Source of the DNA: Squalus acanthias
Lineage: Eukaryota
NCBI GenBank assembly: GCA_030390025.1
Contig: JASTWF010000356.1
Coordinates: 434,001-490,000 of the forward strand
Direction: 5' to 3'
Length of the DNA stretch: 56,000 nucleotides
This document shows positions 24,810 to 39,040 of this stretch, in pieces; within the stretch, counting starts at the first letter, position 1, and every line of letters begins with the position of its first letter. The translations under genes and the position numbers were made by a program. A model generated the notes under the pieces. The model did no database searches and had not been told where the DNA came from. It worked only from the letters and a program-made list of their open reading frames with translations.

Positions 24810-27800
24810 ACCTTACATAATAGAGCCCCTCAAACTAATACAGCCCCTCAAACTAATACAGCCCATCAAAATAATACAGACCCTCAAACTAATACAGCCC
24901 CTCAAACTAATACAGCCCCTCAAACTAATACAGCCCCTCAAACTAATACAGCCCCTCAAACTAATACAGCCCCTCAAACTAATACATCCCCACAAACTAA
25001 TACAGCCCCCCAAAATAATACAGCCCATTAAACTAATACAGACTATTAAACTAATACAGCACCTCAAACTAATACAGCTCCTCAAACTAATACACCCCCT
25101 CAAAATAGTACAGCCCATTAAACTAATACAGAGCATAAAACTAATACAGACCCTCAAACTAATAAAGCTCCTCCAACTAATACAGCACCTCAAACTAATA
25201 CAGCTCAACAAACTAATACAGTCCCTCAATTATTACAGCCTATTAAACGTATACAGCCTCTCAAACTAATACAGAACCTCAAACGAATACAGTACCTTTA
25301 ACTAATACACCCTTCAAACTAATACAGACCCTGAAACTAAAAGCGCTCCTGAAACTAATACAGCCCCTCAAACTAATACAGCCCCTCAAACTAATACAGC
25401 CCAACAAACTAATACATCACCTCAAACTAATACACCCCCTCAAACTAATACACATCCTCAAACTAATACAGTCCCTAAAATTAATACAGCCCCACAAACT
25501 AATGCAGCCACTCAAATTAATAAAGCCCCTCAAACTAATACAGACCCTGAAACTAATACCGTCCCTCAAACGAATACAGCCCCTCAAACTAATACAGGCC
25601 CTCAAATTAATACAGACCCTCAAATTAATACAGCTCCTCAAACTAATACAGTCCCTCAAACTAATACAGCACCTCAAACTAATACAGCTCCTCAAACTAA
25701 TACAGTACCTCAAATTAATACAGCCCCTCAAACTAATACATTCCCTCAAACTAATACAGTACCTCAAACTAATACAGCCCCTCAAACTAATACAGCCACT
25801 CAAAATAATACAGCCCCTCAAACTAATACAGCCACTCAAACTAATGCAGACCCTCAAACTATTACAGCCCCTCAAACTAATACAGCCCCTCAAACTAATA
25901 CAGACACTCAAACTAATAAAACCTCTCAAACTAATACATCACATGAAACTAATACAGTCCATCCAAATAATAGAGCCCCTCAAACTAAGAAATCCCCTCA
26001 AAATAATACAACCCATTTAACTAAAATAGCACATCAATCTAATACAGCAAATCAAAGTAATACTGCCCCTCAAACTAATAAAGCCCCTCAAACTAATACA
26101 GCCCCTCAAACTAATCCAGTCCCTCAAACTAATATAGCCCCTCAAACTAATACAGCCCTTCAACTAATACAGCCCCTGAAACTAATGTACACCCTCAAAC
26201 TAATACAGCACCTTAAACAGAAACAGCACCTCAAACTCATATAGCACATCAAACTAATACAGCCCATCAAAATAATACAAGGCCTCAAACTAATATAGCA
26301 CATCAAACTAATACAGCATATCAAAGTAATACAGCCACTAAACAAAATTACAAACCCTCAGACTAATACAGACTCTGAAACTAATACATCCCCACAAACT
26401 AATACAGACCCTCAAAATAATACAGCCCCTCAAATTAATACAGCACATCAAACTAATAGAGCCCCTCAAACTAATAGAGCCCCTCAAACTATTACAGCCA
26501 CTCAAGCTAATACAAACCTCAAGCTAATACAGCCCCTCAAAGAAATACACCACCTCAAACTAATACAGCCCCTCAAACTAATACAACCCCTCAAAATAAT
26601 ACAGACCCTCAAACTAATACAGACCCTCAAACTAATACAGACCCTCAAACTAATACAGCTTCTAAAACTAATAAAGCTCCTTAAACTAACGCAGCCCCTC
26701 AAACCTTAGCAACTCCTAAAACTAATACAGACCCTCAAACTAATACAGCCCCTCAAACTAATACAGACTATAAAACTAATACACCGCCTTAAAATAATAC
26801 ACACCCTTAAACTAATACAGCTCCTCAAACAAATACACCCGCTCAAACTAATACACCCCCTCAAACTAATACACCCCCTCAAACTAATACAGTACCTCAA
26901 AATAACACAGCCCCTCAAACTAATGCAGCTCCTCAAACTAATATTGCCCCTCAAACTAATACAGCCCCTCTAACTAATACAGCTCCTCAAACTAACACAG
27001 CCCCTCAAACTAATACAGTACCTCAAACTAATACAGCCCCTCAAACTAATGCAGAACCTCAAACTAATACAGCCCCTCAAACTAATGCAGAATCTCAAAT
27101 TAATACAGCCCCTCAAACTAATACAGTACCCGAAACTCATACACCTCCTCAATCTTATACAGACCCTTAAATTAATACTACCCCTCAAACTAAAACTGGC
27201 CCTCAAACTAATACAGCCCCTCAAACTAATACAGACCCTCAAACTAATACAGACCCTCTAAGTAATGCAGACCCTCAAACTAATACACCGCCTCAAACTA
27301 ATACAGTACCTCAAACTAATACAGTGCCTCAAACTAATACAGTACCTCAAATTAACACATCTCCTCAAACTAATACAGTACCTCAAACTAATACAGTACC
27401 TCAAACTAACACAGCCCCTCAAAATAATACCCCCCCTCAACCTAATTCACCCCTCAAACTAAAACAAGCCCCCAAACTAACAGAGTCCCTCAACTAATAC
27501 AGCCCCATAAACTAATACAGCCCGTCAAACAAATACAGTCCCTCAAAATGATACAGCGCCTCAAACTAATACACCCACTCCAACTAATACAGTACCTCAA
27601 ACTAAAACAGGCCCTCAAACTAACAGAGTCCCTCAAACTAATACAACCCCTCAACCTAACACATCTCCTCAAACTAAAACAGGTCCTCAAACTAACACAA
27701 TCACTCAAACAAATACTTCTCCTCAAACTAATACAGCCCCTCAATCTAAAACAGGCCCTCAAACTAACAGTCACTCAAACTAATACAGTTCCTCAAATTA

Positions 27801-30030
27801 ATACAGCCCCTCAATCTAATACAGCCCCTCAAACTAAAACAGCTCCTCAAACAAATACAGCCCGTCAAAATAATACAGCGCCTCAAACTAATACACCCCC
27901 TCAAACTAATACAGTACCTCAAACTAACACAGCACCTCAAACTAATACAGCCCCTCAAACTAATACAGACTCTCAAACTAATACAGTACCTCCAACTAAA
28001 ACAGCTCCTCAAACTAATATAGCCCCTCAAACAAATAGAGCCCCTCAAACTAATACAGCGTCGCAAACTAATAATGTCCCTCAAACTAATACAGCAACTC
28101 AAACTAATACAGCGTTAAAGCTAATTCAGCTCCTCAAACTAATACAGACCCTAAAAGTAATAGAGCCCCTGAAACTAATACAGCGCCTCAAGCTAATTCA
28201 GCCCCTCAACTAATACAGAGCCACAAATTAATACAGCTCGTCAAATTAATACAGCTCCTCAAACTAATACAGCCTCTCAAACTAACACAACACCTCAAAC
28301 TAATACAGCTCCTCAAACTAATACAGTACCACAAACTAATACATCCCCTCAAACTAATGCAGACTTTCAAACTAATACACCACCTTAAAATAATACACAC
28401 CCTTAAACTAATACAGCTCCTCCAACTAATACACCCCCTCAAACTAATACACCCCCTCAAACTGATACACCCCCTCAAACTAATACATTTCCTCAAACTA
28501 ATACAGTACCTCAAAATAACACAGCCCCTCAAACTAATACAGTTCCTCAAATTAATACAGCCCCTCAAACTAATACAGCTCCTCAAACTAATACAGACCC
28601 TCAAACTAATACAGACCCTCAAAGTAATGCAGCCCCTCAAACTAATACACTGCCTCAAACTAATACAGACTATCAAACTAATACACCCTCTCAAACTAAT
28701 ACACCACCTCAACCTAATACTGCCCCTCAAACTAATACAGTACCTTAAACTAACACAGCCCCTCAAACTAATACAGTACCTCAAACTAATACAGCCCCTC
28801 AATCTAATACACCCCCTCAAACTAACACAGCCCCTCAAACTAATACAGCCCCACAAACTAATATAGCCCCTCGAACAAATACAGCCCCTCACAATAATAC
28901 AGCACCTCAAACTAATACACCCGCTCAAACTAATACAGTACCTCAAACTAAAACATGCCCTCAAACTAGCAGAGTCCCTCAAACTAATACACCCCCTCAA
29001 CCTATTACATCTCCTCAAACTAAAACAGGCCCTCAAACTAACAGAGTCCCTCAAACTAATACATACCTCAAACTAACACAGCCCCTCAAACTAATACAGC
29101 CCCTCAAACTAATACAGCTCCTCAAACTAATACAGCACCTCAAACTAATTCAGCTCCTCAAACTAATACTGACACTCAAACTAATACAGGCCCTCAAACT
29201 AATACAGCCCCTCAAACTAATACAGCTCCTCAATCTAATAGATTACTTCAAACTAATACAGCCTCTCAACTAATACAGACCCTCAAATTAATACAGCTCG
29301 TCAAATTAATACAGCCCCTCAAACTAATACAGCCTCTCAAACTAACACAACCCCTCAAACTAATACAGCTCCTCAAACTAATACAGCCACTTAAATTAAT
29401 ATTTCCCCTCAAACTAATACAGCTCCTCAATCTAATAGAGTACTTCAAACTAATACAGCCTCTCAACTAATACAGACCCTCAAATTAATGCAGCTCGTCA
29501 AATTAATGCAGCTCCTCAAACAAATACAGTACCTCAAACTAATACAATCTCTCATGCTAATACAGCACCTCAAACTAATACAGTACCTTAAACTAATACA
29601 AACTGTCAAACTAACAGAGTCCCTCAAACTAATACAGCACCTCAAACGAATACCGCCCTTCAAACTAATACTCCCCCTCAAACTAAAACAGCCCCTCAAA
29701 CTAATACAGTCCCTCAAACTAATACAGGGCCTCAAACTAATTAAGCCCCTCAAACTAATACAGCCCCTCAAAATAATACAGCTCCTCAAACTAATACAGC
29801 ACCTCAAACTAATACAGTACCTCAAACGAATACAGTCCTTCAAACTAGTACTACGCCTCAAACTAATACAGCCCCTCACAATAATACAGCCCCTTAAACT
29901 AATACAGCCTCTCAAACTGATACAGCGCCTCAAACTAATACAGTACCTCAAACTAATACAGCCCCTGAAACTAATAGAGTACCTCAAACTAATACAGCTC
30001 CTCAAACTAATACAGCACCTCAAACTAGTA
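24810..30030. repeat. 18-bp satellite (satellite B), about 290 copies
   Basis: Unit CAGCCCCTCAAACTAATA. Gives (QPLKLI)n and (ISLRGC)n pseudo-ORFs. Confidence 0.98.
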
Positions 30031-30257
30031 GCCATACCCGCCCACCACCTCTCTGGTCGAAAGTCCTGTAATCTCTTGTTTCCACAAACTCACAGTGCAC
30101 GGGATCTCACTTGCCAGATACCATAAGGTCGTTACCAGGCTAAAAATAACTGATTGTACAGATTATTTGAATAGTTTAACAATGCGAATTCTAAATATAT
30201 ATTTAAAAGTCTTGAGTTTATAACTGTTAAGTTAGTAATGGTCTATTAAATAAATGC

Positions 30258-31325
30258 ATGGCAGGGCACCTCATTCCCGTCGAATACACATCTTGTGCCA
30301 TGTGGGAACTCCAGTACACTTCCCGTGTCCTGGACAACCACATGTGCAGGAGATGTCATCAGCTACAGGAGCTCGAACTCCGGGTTCAGGAGTTTGAGCA
30401 GCAACTGGCTTCACTGCGGTGCATCGGTGAGGCTGAGAGCTACGTGGATATCACGTTTCAGGAGGTGGTCACCCCGCAGCTTAAGAGTGTGCAGGCAGAG
30501 AAGGAATGGGTGACGGGCACATAGACAATGAGGACGAGGCAGGTAGTGCAGTAGTCCCTTGAGTGCATCTCACTCTCTAACCGGTATTCAGTTCATAATA
30601 CTGGAGAGGGGATTAGTTCCTCTGGCGGGTACAGCCAGAGCCAAGTCCAGAGGACCACGGGTGGCTCAGCTGTACAGTGGGGGCGGGGGAGAAAGACCAG
30701 GAAATCAAAAGTGACAGGGGAATCATTAGTTAGGGGATAGTCAAGTGTTTCTGCGGCCGACGACGTTAATCCAGGATAATATGTTGCCTCCTTGGTGCCA
30801 GGGTCAAGGATGTCACTGAGCGGCTGAAGAACATTCTGAGAGGCGGAGGGATAACAGCCAGAGGTCGTGGTCCATATCCGTACCAATGACATATGTAGAA
30901 AGAGGGATGACGACCTGCAGGCAGATTTTAGGGAGCTAGGAAATAGATTAATATCAGAACCTCAAAGGTAGTAATCTTCGAATTACTCCCAGTGCCTGTG
31001 AGGGTGAGTATTGAAATAGAAGGAGAGAGCAGATGAATGCGTGGCTGGAGAGATGGTGCAGGCGGGAGGGCTTTAGATTCCTGGGACATTGGGACCGGCT
31101 CTCGGGGAGGTGGGACCTGTAGAGGCCGGTCAGGTTGCACCTCAACAGGGCCGCAACCAATGGACACGACGGGGAGGGGGGTGGGTTGCTCCTAGTGTTG
31201 GGGAGGTTTTAAACTAATTTGGCAGTGGGTGGGCACCAGGCTGTAGCATTAGAAAGGAGAAACAAGGTGCACAAAGGATTGGGAGAGACGGATACCACAA
31301 GAGTAACAAATAATAAGGTTATTTA
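30258..31325 (+). mobile_element. CR1 5' region: ORF1 zinc finger/coiled coil plus SGNH esterase, decayed
   Basis: xSCAMWE...CRRC, heptad LELRVQEFEQQL, remnants of GDSxVRG, CCLPGARVKDV, HIGTND, GLHLN. Confidence 0.85.
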
Positions 31326-34300
31326 GTCATAGAGTCATAGAGTTATACAGCACAGAATGAGGCCCTTCAGCCCATTGTGTCCGCGCCGGCCATCAAGCCC
31401 TGTCTAGTCTAATCACATTTTCCAGCACTTGGTCCGTAGCCTTGTATGCTATGGCGTTTGAAGTGCACATCGAAACGCTTCTTCAATGTTGTGAGGGTTC
31501 CTGCCTCTACCACCCTTTCAGGCAGTGAGTTCAAGATTCCAACCACCATCTGGGTGAAAAGTCTTTTCCTCAAAACCCCTCTAAACCTCCTGCCCCTTAT
31601 CTTGAAACTATGCTCCCTGGTTATTGACCCCTCTACTAAGGGGAAAAGTTCCTTTCTTTCTACCCTATCTATGCCCCTCATAATTTTGTACATCTCAATC
31701 CGGTTCCCCCTTAGCCTTCTCTGCTCCAAGGGAAACAACCCCAGCCTGTCCAGTCTCTCTTCCTAGCGGTAGCACTGCAGCCCAGGTAACAACCTGGTAA
31801 ATCTCCTCTGCACCTTCTCCAATGCAATCACATCCTTCATATAGTGTGGCGACCAGAACTGCATACAGTATTCCAGCTGTGGCCTTACTAGCGTTTTGTA
31901 CAGCTCCATCATAACCTCCCTGCTCTTATATTCTATGCCTCGGCTAATGAAGGCAGTTATCCCATATGCCTTTTTAACCAACTTATATACCTTTCATGCT
32001 GCCTTCAGGGATCTATGTACATGTACACCAAGCTCCCTCTGATACTCTGTCCTTGAGTATTGTGTGCAGTTTTGGTCGCCTTATCTGAGGAAGGATGTTC
32101 TTGCCATGGAGGGAGTGCAGCGAAGATTCACCAGACTGATACCTGGGATGGCAGGAACGACGTATGAAGAGTGATTGGGTCGATTGGGCTTGTATTAGAG
32201 TTTAGAACAATGAGTGGGGATCTCATGGAAACGTATAACATTCTAACGGGACTAGACAGACTAGATGCAGGAAGGCTGTTCCCGATGGCGGGGTAGCCCA
32301 GAATCAGGGGTCACAGTCTAAGAATAAGGGGCAAGCCATTTAGGACTGAGATGTGGAGGATCTTCTTCACTCAGAGTCTGGTGACCTGTGGAATTCTCTA
32401 CCACAGAAGGCAGTTGAGGCCAATTCATTAAATATATTCAAGAAGGAGTTGGATATATTTCTTAAGGCTAAAGGGATCAAGGGATATGTGGAGAAAGCAG
32501 GGACAGGGTACTGAATTTGGATGATCAGCCATGATCTCATTAAATGGCGGAACAGGCTCGAGGGGCCGAAAGGCCTACTTCTGCTCCTATCTTCTATGTT
32601 TCTATGTTTCTATGTTTCCTAGCGTCCTACCATCCATTGTGCATTCTCTTGCCTTGTTAGTCCTCCCAAAATGCATCACCTCACACTTTTCATGGCTAAA
32701 TTCCATTTGCCACAGTTCTGACCATCTGACCAAGCCTGAGGCTTCCCTCCTCGCTATTTACCACTCCAGCAATTTTCCTGCCATCTGCGAACTTACTGAT
32801 CGTACCTCCTACATTCATACCTAAATCATTAATGTAAACTTCAAACAGCAAGCGACCTTGCGGTACACCACCAGGCACAGGCTTCCAGTCACAAAAACAA
32901 CCTTCTGCAACTAAGTCAATTTTGGATCCAACGTGCCAAATTGCTCTGGATCCCAAGGGCTCTTACCTTCTTGGCCAACCACCCATGCGAGACGTTGTCA
33001 AAAGCCTAACTGAAGTCCATGTAGACTTCATCAACTGCAATACCCTCATCCACACACCTGGTCAGCCCCTCGACAAATTCAATCAAATTGGTTAGACATG
33101 ATCTCCCCCTGACAAAGCCATGCTGACTATCCTTGATTAATCCTTGCCTCTCCAAGTGGAGACTAATTCTGCTCCTCAGAATTGTTTCCAATAATTTCCC
33201 CATCACCGATGTTAGGCTCACTGGCCTTTAATTCCCTGGTTTATCCCAACTACATTTCTTGAATAATTGTACAACCTTCGCTGTCCTCCAGTCCTCTGGC
33301 TTCTCCCCTGTGGCCAGAGAGGTTTTAAAGCTTGTGTCAGTACCCCTGCAATCACCTCATTTGCCTCACGCAACAGCCTGGGATACATCTCGTCTGGGCC
33401 TGGGATTTTATCCACTTTTAAGCCCGCTAAAACCGCCAGTACCTACTCCCTCTCAATACTAATTTGTTCAATCATATCACAATCCCCCTGCTTGATTTGT
33501 ATGCCTACATTGTCCCACTCCATTGTGAACACAGATGAAAAATATTCATTTGAAACCTCACCTACATCTTCCGGCTCTGCACAAAGATTGCCACTTTGGT
33601 CCCTAATGGGCTCTACTCTTTACCTGGTTATCCTCTTCCCCTTAATATACTTAAAAATCACCTTGGGATTTTCCTTTATTTTGCCCACCAGTGTTGTTTC
33701 ACGCCCCCTCTTCGCTCTCCTAATTTATTTTTTAAGTACCCCCCTGCACTTTATATACCCCTCTAGGGCTTCCACTGTTTTTAGTCGTTTGTATCTGCCA
33801 AAAGCCTGCCTCTTTTCCCGAATCCATTCTTGTATATCCCTTGATATCCAGGGTTCCCTGGGCTTGTTGGTCCCACCCTTGACCTTTATGGGAACATGTT
33901 GGCGCTGTACTCTCTCTATTTCCTTTCTGAATGACTCACACTGCTCTGATGTGGATTTTCCTAAAGTAGCTGATCCCATTCCACTTTGGCCAGATCCTGC
34001 CTCATCATATTAAAATCGGCCTTCCCCCAATTTAGAACCTTTATTTATGGTCCAACTTTGTTCTTTGCTATGACTACCTTAAATCTCACCGAATTATGGT
34101 CACTTTCACCAAAATGCTCTCCTACTGCACAGCTATATTCCCTAGAATTAGGTGCAGTACCGCCCCCTCTCATTTAGGACTTTCGAAATGCTAGCTCAAA
34201 AAGCTCTCCTGGATGCACTTTAAGAATTCCGCACCCTCTAAGCCTGTTATTCTCTGACTATCAAAGTTAATTCTGGGAAAGTTGAAATCCCATACTATTA

Positions 34301-35440
34301 TTACCTATTATCTCTACAATTCTCTGAGATTTGCCTACATATCTGTTCCTCTATCTCCCCCTGATTGTTTGGGGGCCTAAAGTACACTCCCAGCAAAGTG
34401 TTTGCCCCCTTTTTGAATTTAAGTTCTACCCATATGGCCTCGTTAGAGGAAGCTGCTGAGATACCATCCGTCCTTACTGCAGTAATTGTCTTCTTGATTA
34501 ATATTGCGAAACCCCTTCTTATTTTACACTCCCCTCTGTCTTGCCGAAAGATTCTATACCCCGGAAAATTGAGCTGCCAGTCCTGCCCCTCCCTCATCCA
34601 TGTCTCTGTGATAGCAGACATATCATACACACATGTGTTCATCAACAACTTCAATTCATCTGCCTTAATCGAAAGACTCCTTGCATTAAAATAAATGCCA
34701 TCCAGCCTTGCCAAATTCCCTTGTGCCGTTACATATTTGCTCTGCCTTCCAGGCTGAGTTGTTCTTTTCCTCTTTATTTGGCTGTGCATCACCCCCTACT
34801 GTAGCTCCACTCCGTATCCCATCCCCCTGCCAAGTTAGTTAGAACGCCCCCCCCCCCCCGCCCAACAGCACTAGCAAATCTCCCCGCAAGGATGTTGATC
34901 CCGTTCCTGATCAGGTGCAACCCGTCCGACTAACCTTTGAGGTCCTGCTTTTTAATCTGCTACCTAGCACCATAAATTCCTGTTGCAGAACCTCATCCCT
35001 CTTTCTACCTATGTTGTTGGTACCAATGTGAACCACGACCACTGACTGTTCGCCCTCCCCCTTCAGAATGCCCTGCAGCTGTTCAGTGTCATCCTTGGTC
35101 CTGGCACCAGGGAGGCAACATACCATCCTGAAGTCACGTCTGAGGCCGCAGAAAAGCCTGTCTGCACCCCTCACTATTGAGTCTCCTACCACTATTGCCC
35201 TTCCACTCTTATTCCTCCCCCCTTGTGCAGCTGAGCCACCCACAGGACCGTGAACTTGGCACTGGCTGCACTCCCCAGAGGAACCGTCACTTTCACCGTT
35301 TCCCAACACAGAAGAACAGTTGTTGAGTGAGATGCACTCTGGGGCTTTCTGACTACCTGCCTGCCCCCTTCTTCTGTCTGGTGGTCTCCCATTTCCTCTC
35401 TGACTGCACTTTCTTAAGCTGCGGGGTGACCACGTCTAAA
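31326..35440 (-). mobile_element. Near full-length decayed CR1 (ORF1 esterase, APE endonuclease, RT, tail)
   Basis: IVVGDSIVRG...HIGTN (34911-35309), YFNARS...ITETW (34301-34792), SQHGF, FADG, GTCATAGA tail at 31326. Confidence 0.93.
32054..32617 (+). mobile_element. CR1 3' fragment nested in the opposite orientation
   Basis: Matches about 4540-5100 and ends in (TTCTATGT)3. Confidence 0.9.
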
Positions 35441-35444
35441 AAAC

Positions 35445-36130
35445 AGAGAGAGAGAACCAGAGAGAGGGTGACAGAAGCAGCGACAGAGACATTGTTGAAC
35501 AGATAAGGACAGACAGCGAAAAACAGAGAGACAGACAGAGAGCCATAGACTGAGAGGCAGACAAATACAGACAGACAAACAGAGACAGACAAACAAACAG
35601 AGAGACAAAGAAACAGACAGAGGTAAGCAGAGAAAGAAGCAGACAGATAGAGACAGAATGACATAGACAGGGACACAGACGGACAGAGACACAGACAGCG
35701 ACAGAAACTGTCAGAGAGAGAGAGGGACAGACAGAGACAGAGAAACATAGACAGAATGAGACATATAGAAAGAGAAAGAGACACCGATGGACAGAGAGAG
35801 TCCGACAGACAGACAGAAATATATGATCAGACAAACAGACAGACAGAGACACAGACAGACAGGGACACAGCCAGACTGAGACAGAGAAAGAGCAACAAGG
35901 ACAGACAGAGCGAGACAGATGGACAATCAGAGCCAGACAGAGAGAGAGAGACAGAGACAGATAGAGGCAGACAGATGGAAATAGTCATACAGAGACAAAG
36001 AGATGAACTGAGACAGACAGACCCAGACAGGCAGAGCACAGGCAGAGAGTGAAAGACTAAAAGAGACGTACACACAATGAACAACAAATTCAGACAGAGA
36101 GAGACACACACAGGGACACACCCAGATAGA
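35445..36130. repeat. Degenerate (GACA/GA)n microsatellite
   Basis: Low-complexity AGAC/AGAG tract. Confidence 0.9.
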
Positions 36131-38125
36131 ATCATAGAAATATAACCATTTCGGCCCAACGCGTGCACGCTGGCAGACAAAGAGCTACCCAGCCTCATCC
36201 TACTTTGCAGCTCTTGGTCCGTAGCCCTGCAGATTACGGCACTTCAAGTGCACATCCAAGCTCTTTTTAACGTTGTACATAAGAACATAGGAACATAAGA
36301 AATAGGAGCAAGAGTAGGCCATTCGGCCCTTCGAGCCTGCTCCGCCATTCAATGAGATCATGGCTGATCTTCTGCCTCAACTCCATTCACCGGACTTATC
36401 GCCATATCCCTTGATGCCTTTACTAGTGAGAAATCTGTCGACACTTGTTTTGAATATACCCAATGACTGACCCTCCACAGCCTTCTGGGGTAGAGAATTC
36501 CAAAGATCCACCACCCTCTGTGTGAAGAGATTTCTTCTCATCTCAGTCCTGAATGGCCTACCCTTTATCCTGAGGCTGTGGTCCCTGTTTCTAGACTCCC
36601 CAGCCAAGGGAAACGTTCTCCCATCACCCACACTATCAAGACTTTAATAATTTTGTATGATTCTATGAGATACCCTCTCATTCTTCTGAATTCAAGTGAA
36701 TCCAGGCCTAGTTTACTCAATCACTTCTCATACGACAGCCCCGCCATCCCAGGGATCAATCTCGTGACCCTTCGTTGCACTCCCTCTATGGCAAGAATAT
36801 CCTTCCTGAGGTAAGGAGACCAAAATTGTACACAGTACTCCAGGTGTGGTCTCACCAAGGCCTATATATTTGGAGTAAGATTTCTTCACTTGTGTACACA
36901 AATCCTCAAATCCTGGTGACAGTTTCTGCCTTTACAACCCTTTCAGGCAGTGAGTTCCAGACCCCAACCACCCTCTGGGTGAAGAATTTCCCCTTAAATC
37001 CCCTCTAAACCTCCTACAAATTACTTCACATCTATGCCGCCTCGCTGTTGACCCCTCGACTAAGGGAAATATGTCCTTCCTATCAACTCTATCTTGGCCC
37101 CTCATAATTTTATGCACCTCAATAAGATTTCCCCTCAGCCTCCTCTGTGCCAAAGAAAACAAACCCAGCATATCCAGTCTTTCCTCATAGCTTAAATCCA
37201 CCAGTCCAGGCAACAATCTTGTAAATCTCGTCTGTACCCTCTCTAGTGCAATCACATATTTCCTGTAATGTGGTGATCAGAACTACACGCAGTATTCTAG
37301 CTGTGGCCTAACTAGTGTTTCATACAGTTCAAGCATAACCTCCCTGCTCTTGTTTTCTATGCCTTGGCTAATGAAGGCAAGCATTCCGTATGCCTGCAGG
37401 ACCATCTTATCTACTTGGCCTGCTACCTTCAGGGATCTCTGGACCTGCACTCCAAGATCCCTTTGTTCTTCTACACTTCTCAGTGTCCTACCATTTAATG
37501 TGTATTCACTTGCCATGATAGCCCTCGCCAAATGCAATAACTCACACTTCTCCGGATTGAATTATATTTGCCACTGTTCTGCCCAACTGGCCAGTTCAGT
37601 GATCACTTCCTGCAGTCTACAGCTTTCTTCTTCATTATCAACCACACAGCCGATTGTAGTATGTACTGCTCACTTCTTAATCATACCCGCTACATTCAAG
37701 ACTAAATCATTGATATATACCACAAAAAGCATGGGACCATCGGAACCCTGTGGAACCCCACTGGAAACCGCCCTCCATTCACAAAAACACCCATCAACCA
37801 TTACAATTTGCTTCCTGCCTGTGAGCCAATTTTGGATTCAACTCGCCACTTTGCCCTGGATCCCATGGGCATTTACTTTCGTGACCAGTCTGCCATGTGG
37901 GACCTTATCAAAAGCCTTGCTAAAATCCATATATACTGCATCAAACGCAATACAATCATCGACCTACCTCGTTAAATCCTCAAAAAATTCAATCACAGAG
38001 GATTAGAAAGTGATGGTCAGAGCCTCTGCTATTTCCTCTTTTGCTGTTCTAAATAGCCTGGGATACTTTTCATCCGGGCCTGTGGATTTATTAACTTTCA
38101 AAGCCGCAAACCGTTTAATACTTCC
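36130..38125 (-). mobile_element. CR1 with internal deletion, carrying a nested second CR1 3' fragment (36277-36912)
   Basis: Two separate CR1 tails at about 36130 and about 36277. RT remnants at 36932-38000. Confidence 0.85.
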
Positions 38126-39040
38126 TCTCTCAGTCTGCCTCTGTCAGGCACAGTCTGTCTGTTTCTCGTTGTCGCTCTCTTTCTGCGTTTCTGCCTCTGT
38201 CTGTCTGTCTGACACAGTCTGTCTGTTTCTATTTATTTCTCCATCTGCCTGTCTCTGTCTGTCTCACATACACTCACACACACGCGCAGAAACAAAGAAA
38301 CAGACGGAGAGACAGACAGACAGAGCCAGACAGACAGAGGCAGGCAGACAGAGAAATACATTTAAACAGACAGACTCTACCAGATAGACAGGCAGACAGA
38401 GACACACAGGCAGAAAGAGACCGACAAAGCGAAACAGACAGCCTGTGCCAGACAGAGGCAGACTGAGACAGACAGCAGAGACAGACAGCGGAAGACTGTT
38501 GAAGTGACTGACTGAGACTGAAGGAGACTGAGGCAGAATGAGACAGACAATCAGACAGAAAAAGATAAACAGATGGAGACAGAGAGACATAGAAAGCTGG
38601 AGACACAGGCAGTGATACAGACAGACAGAGGCAGAGAGATACTTAGATATAGAGAGACAGAGAGAGAGGCCAAAACAAAGACACAGACAGACAGAAAGAC
38701 ATAAAGACAGACAGACCGACAGAGAAACAGACAAAGACAGACAGAGACAGACAGACAGAGACAGACAGAGATATACAGAGGCGGATGGAAGGCACAGACA
38801 GAGAGACACAGACAGCGAGACAGAGTTAGACAGAGAGGTAGAGCGATAGAGACAGGCAGAGAAAAACAAAGTGACAGAGACAAAAAAAGAGCCAGAAACA
38901 GGCAGGCAGTGACAGACAGACTGAGATAGTCAGACGGACATAGAAAGAGAGACAGATACGTAGAAAGACAGAGACAGACTGAGATAGAGAGGCAGAAAAA
39001 TAAATAGACTCAGACTGACAGAGCCAGACAGAGGTAGACT
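38125..39040. repeat. Degenerate (TCTG)n then (GACA)n microsatellite
   Basis: Orientation switches at about 38265. Confidence 0.9.

Noticed and set aside
24787..30126. (QPLKLI)n and Cys-rich (ISLRGC)n ORFs resembling LRR or keratin-associated proteins
   Set aside because: Translation artefacts of satellite B, repeatedly broken by stops and frameshifts.
35353..39040. Cys/Leu/Ser-rich and Arg/Gln/Thr-rich ORFs
   Set aside because: They come from (GACA/GA)n microsatellites.
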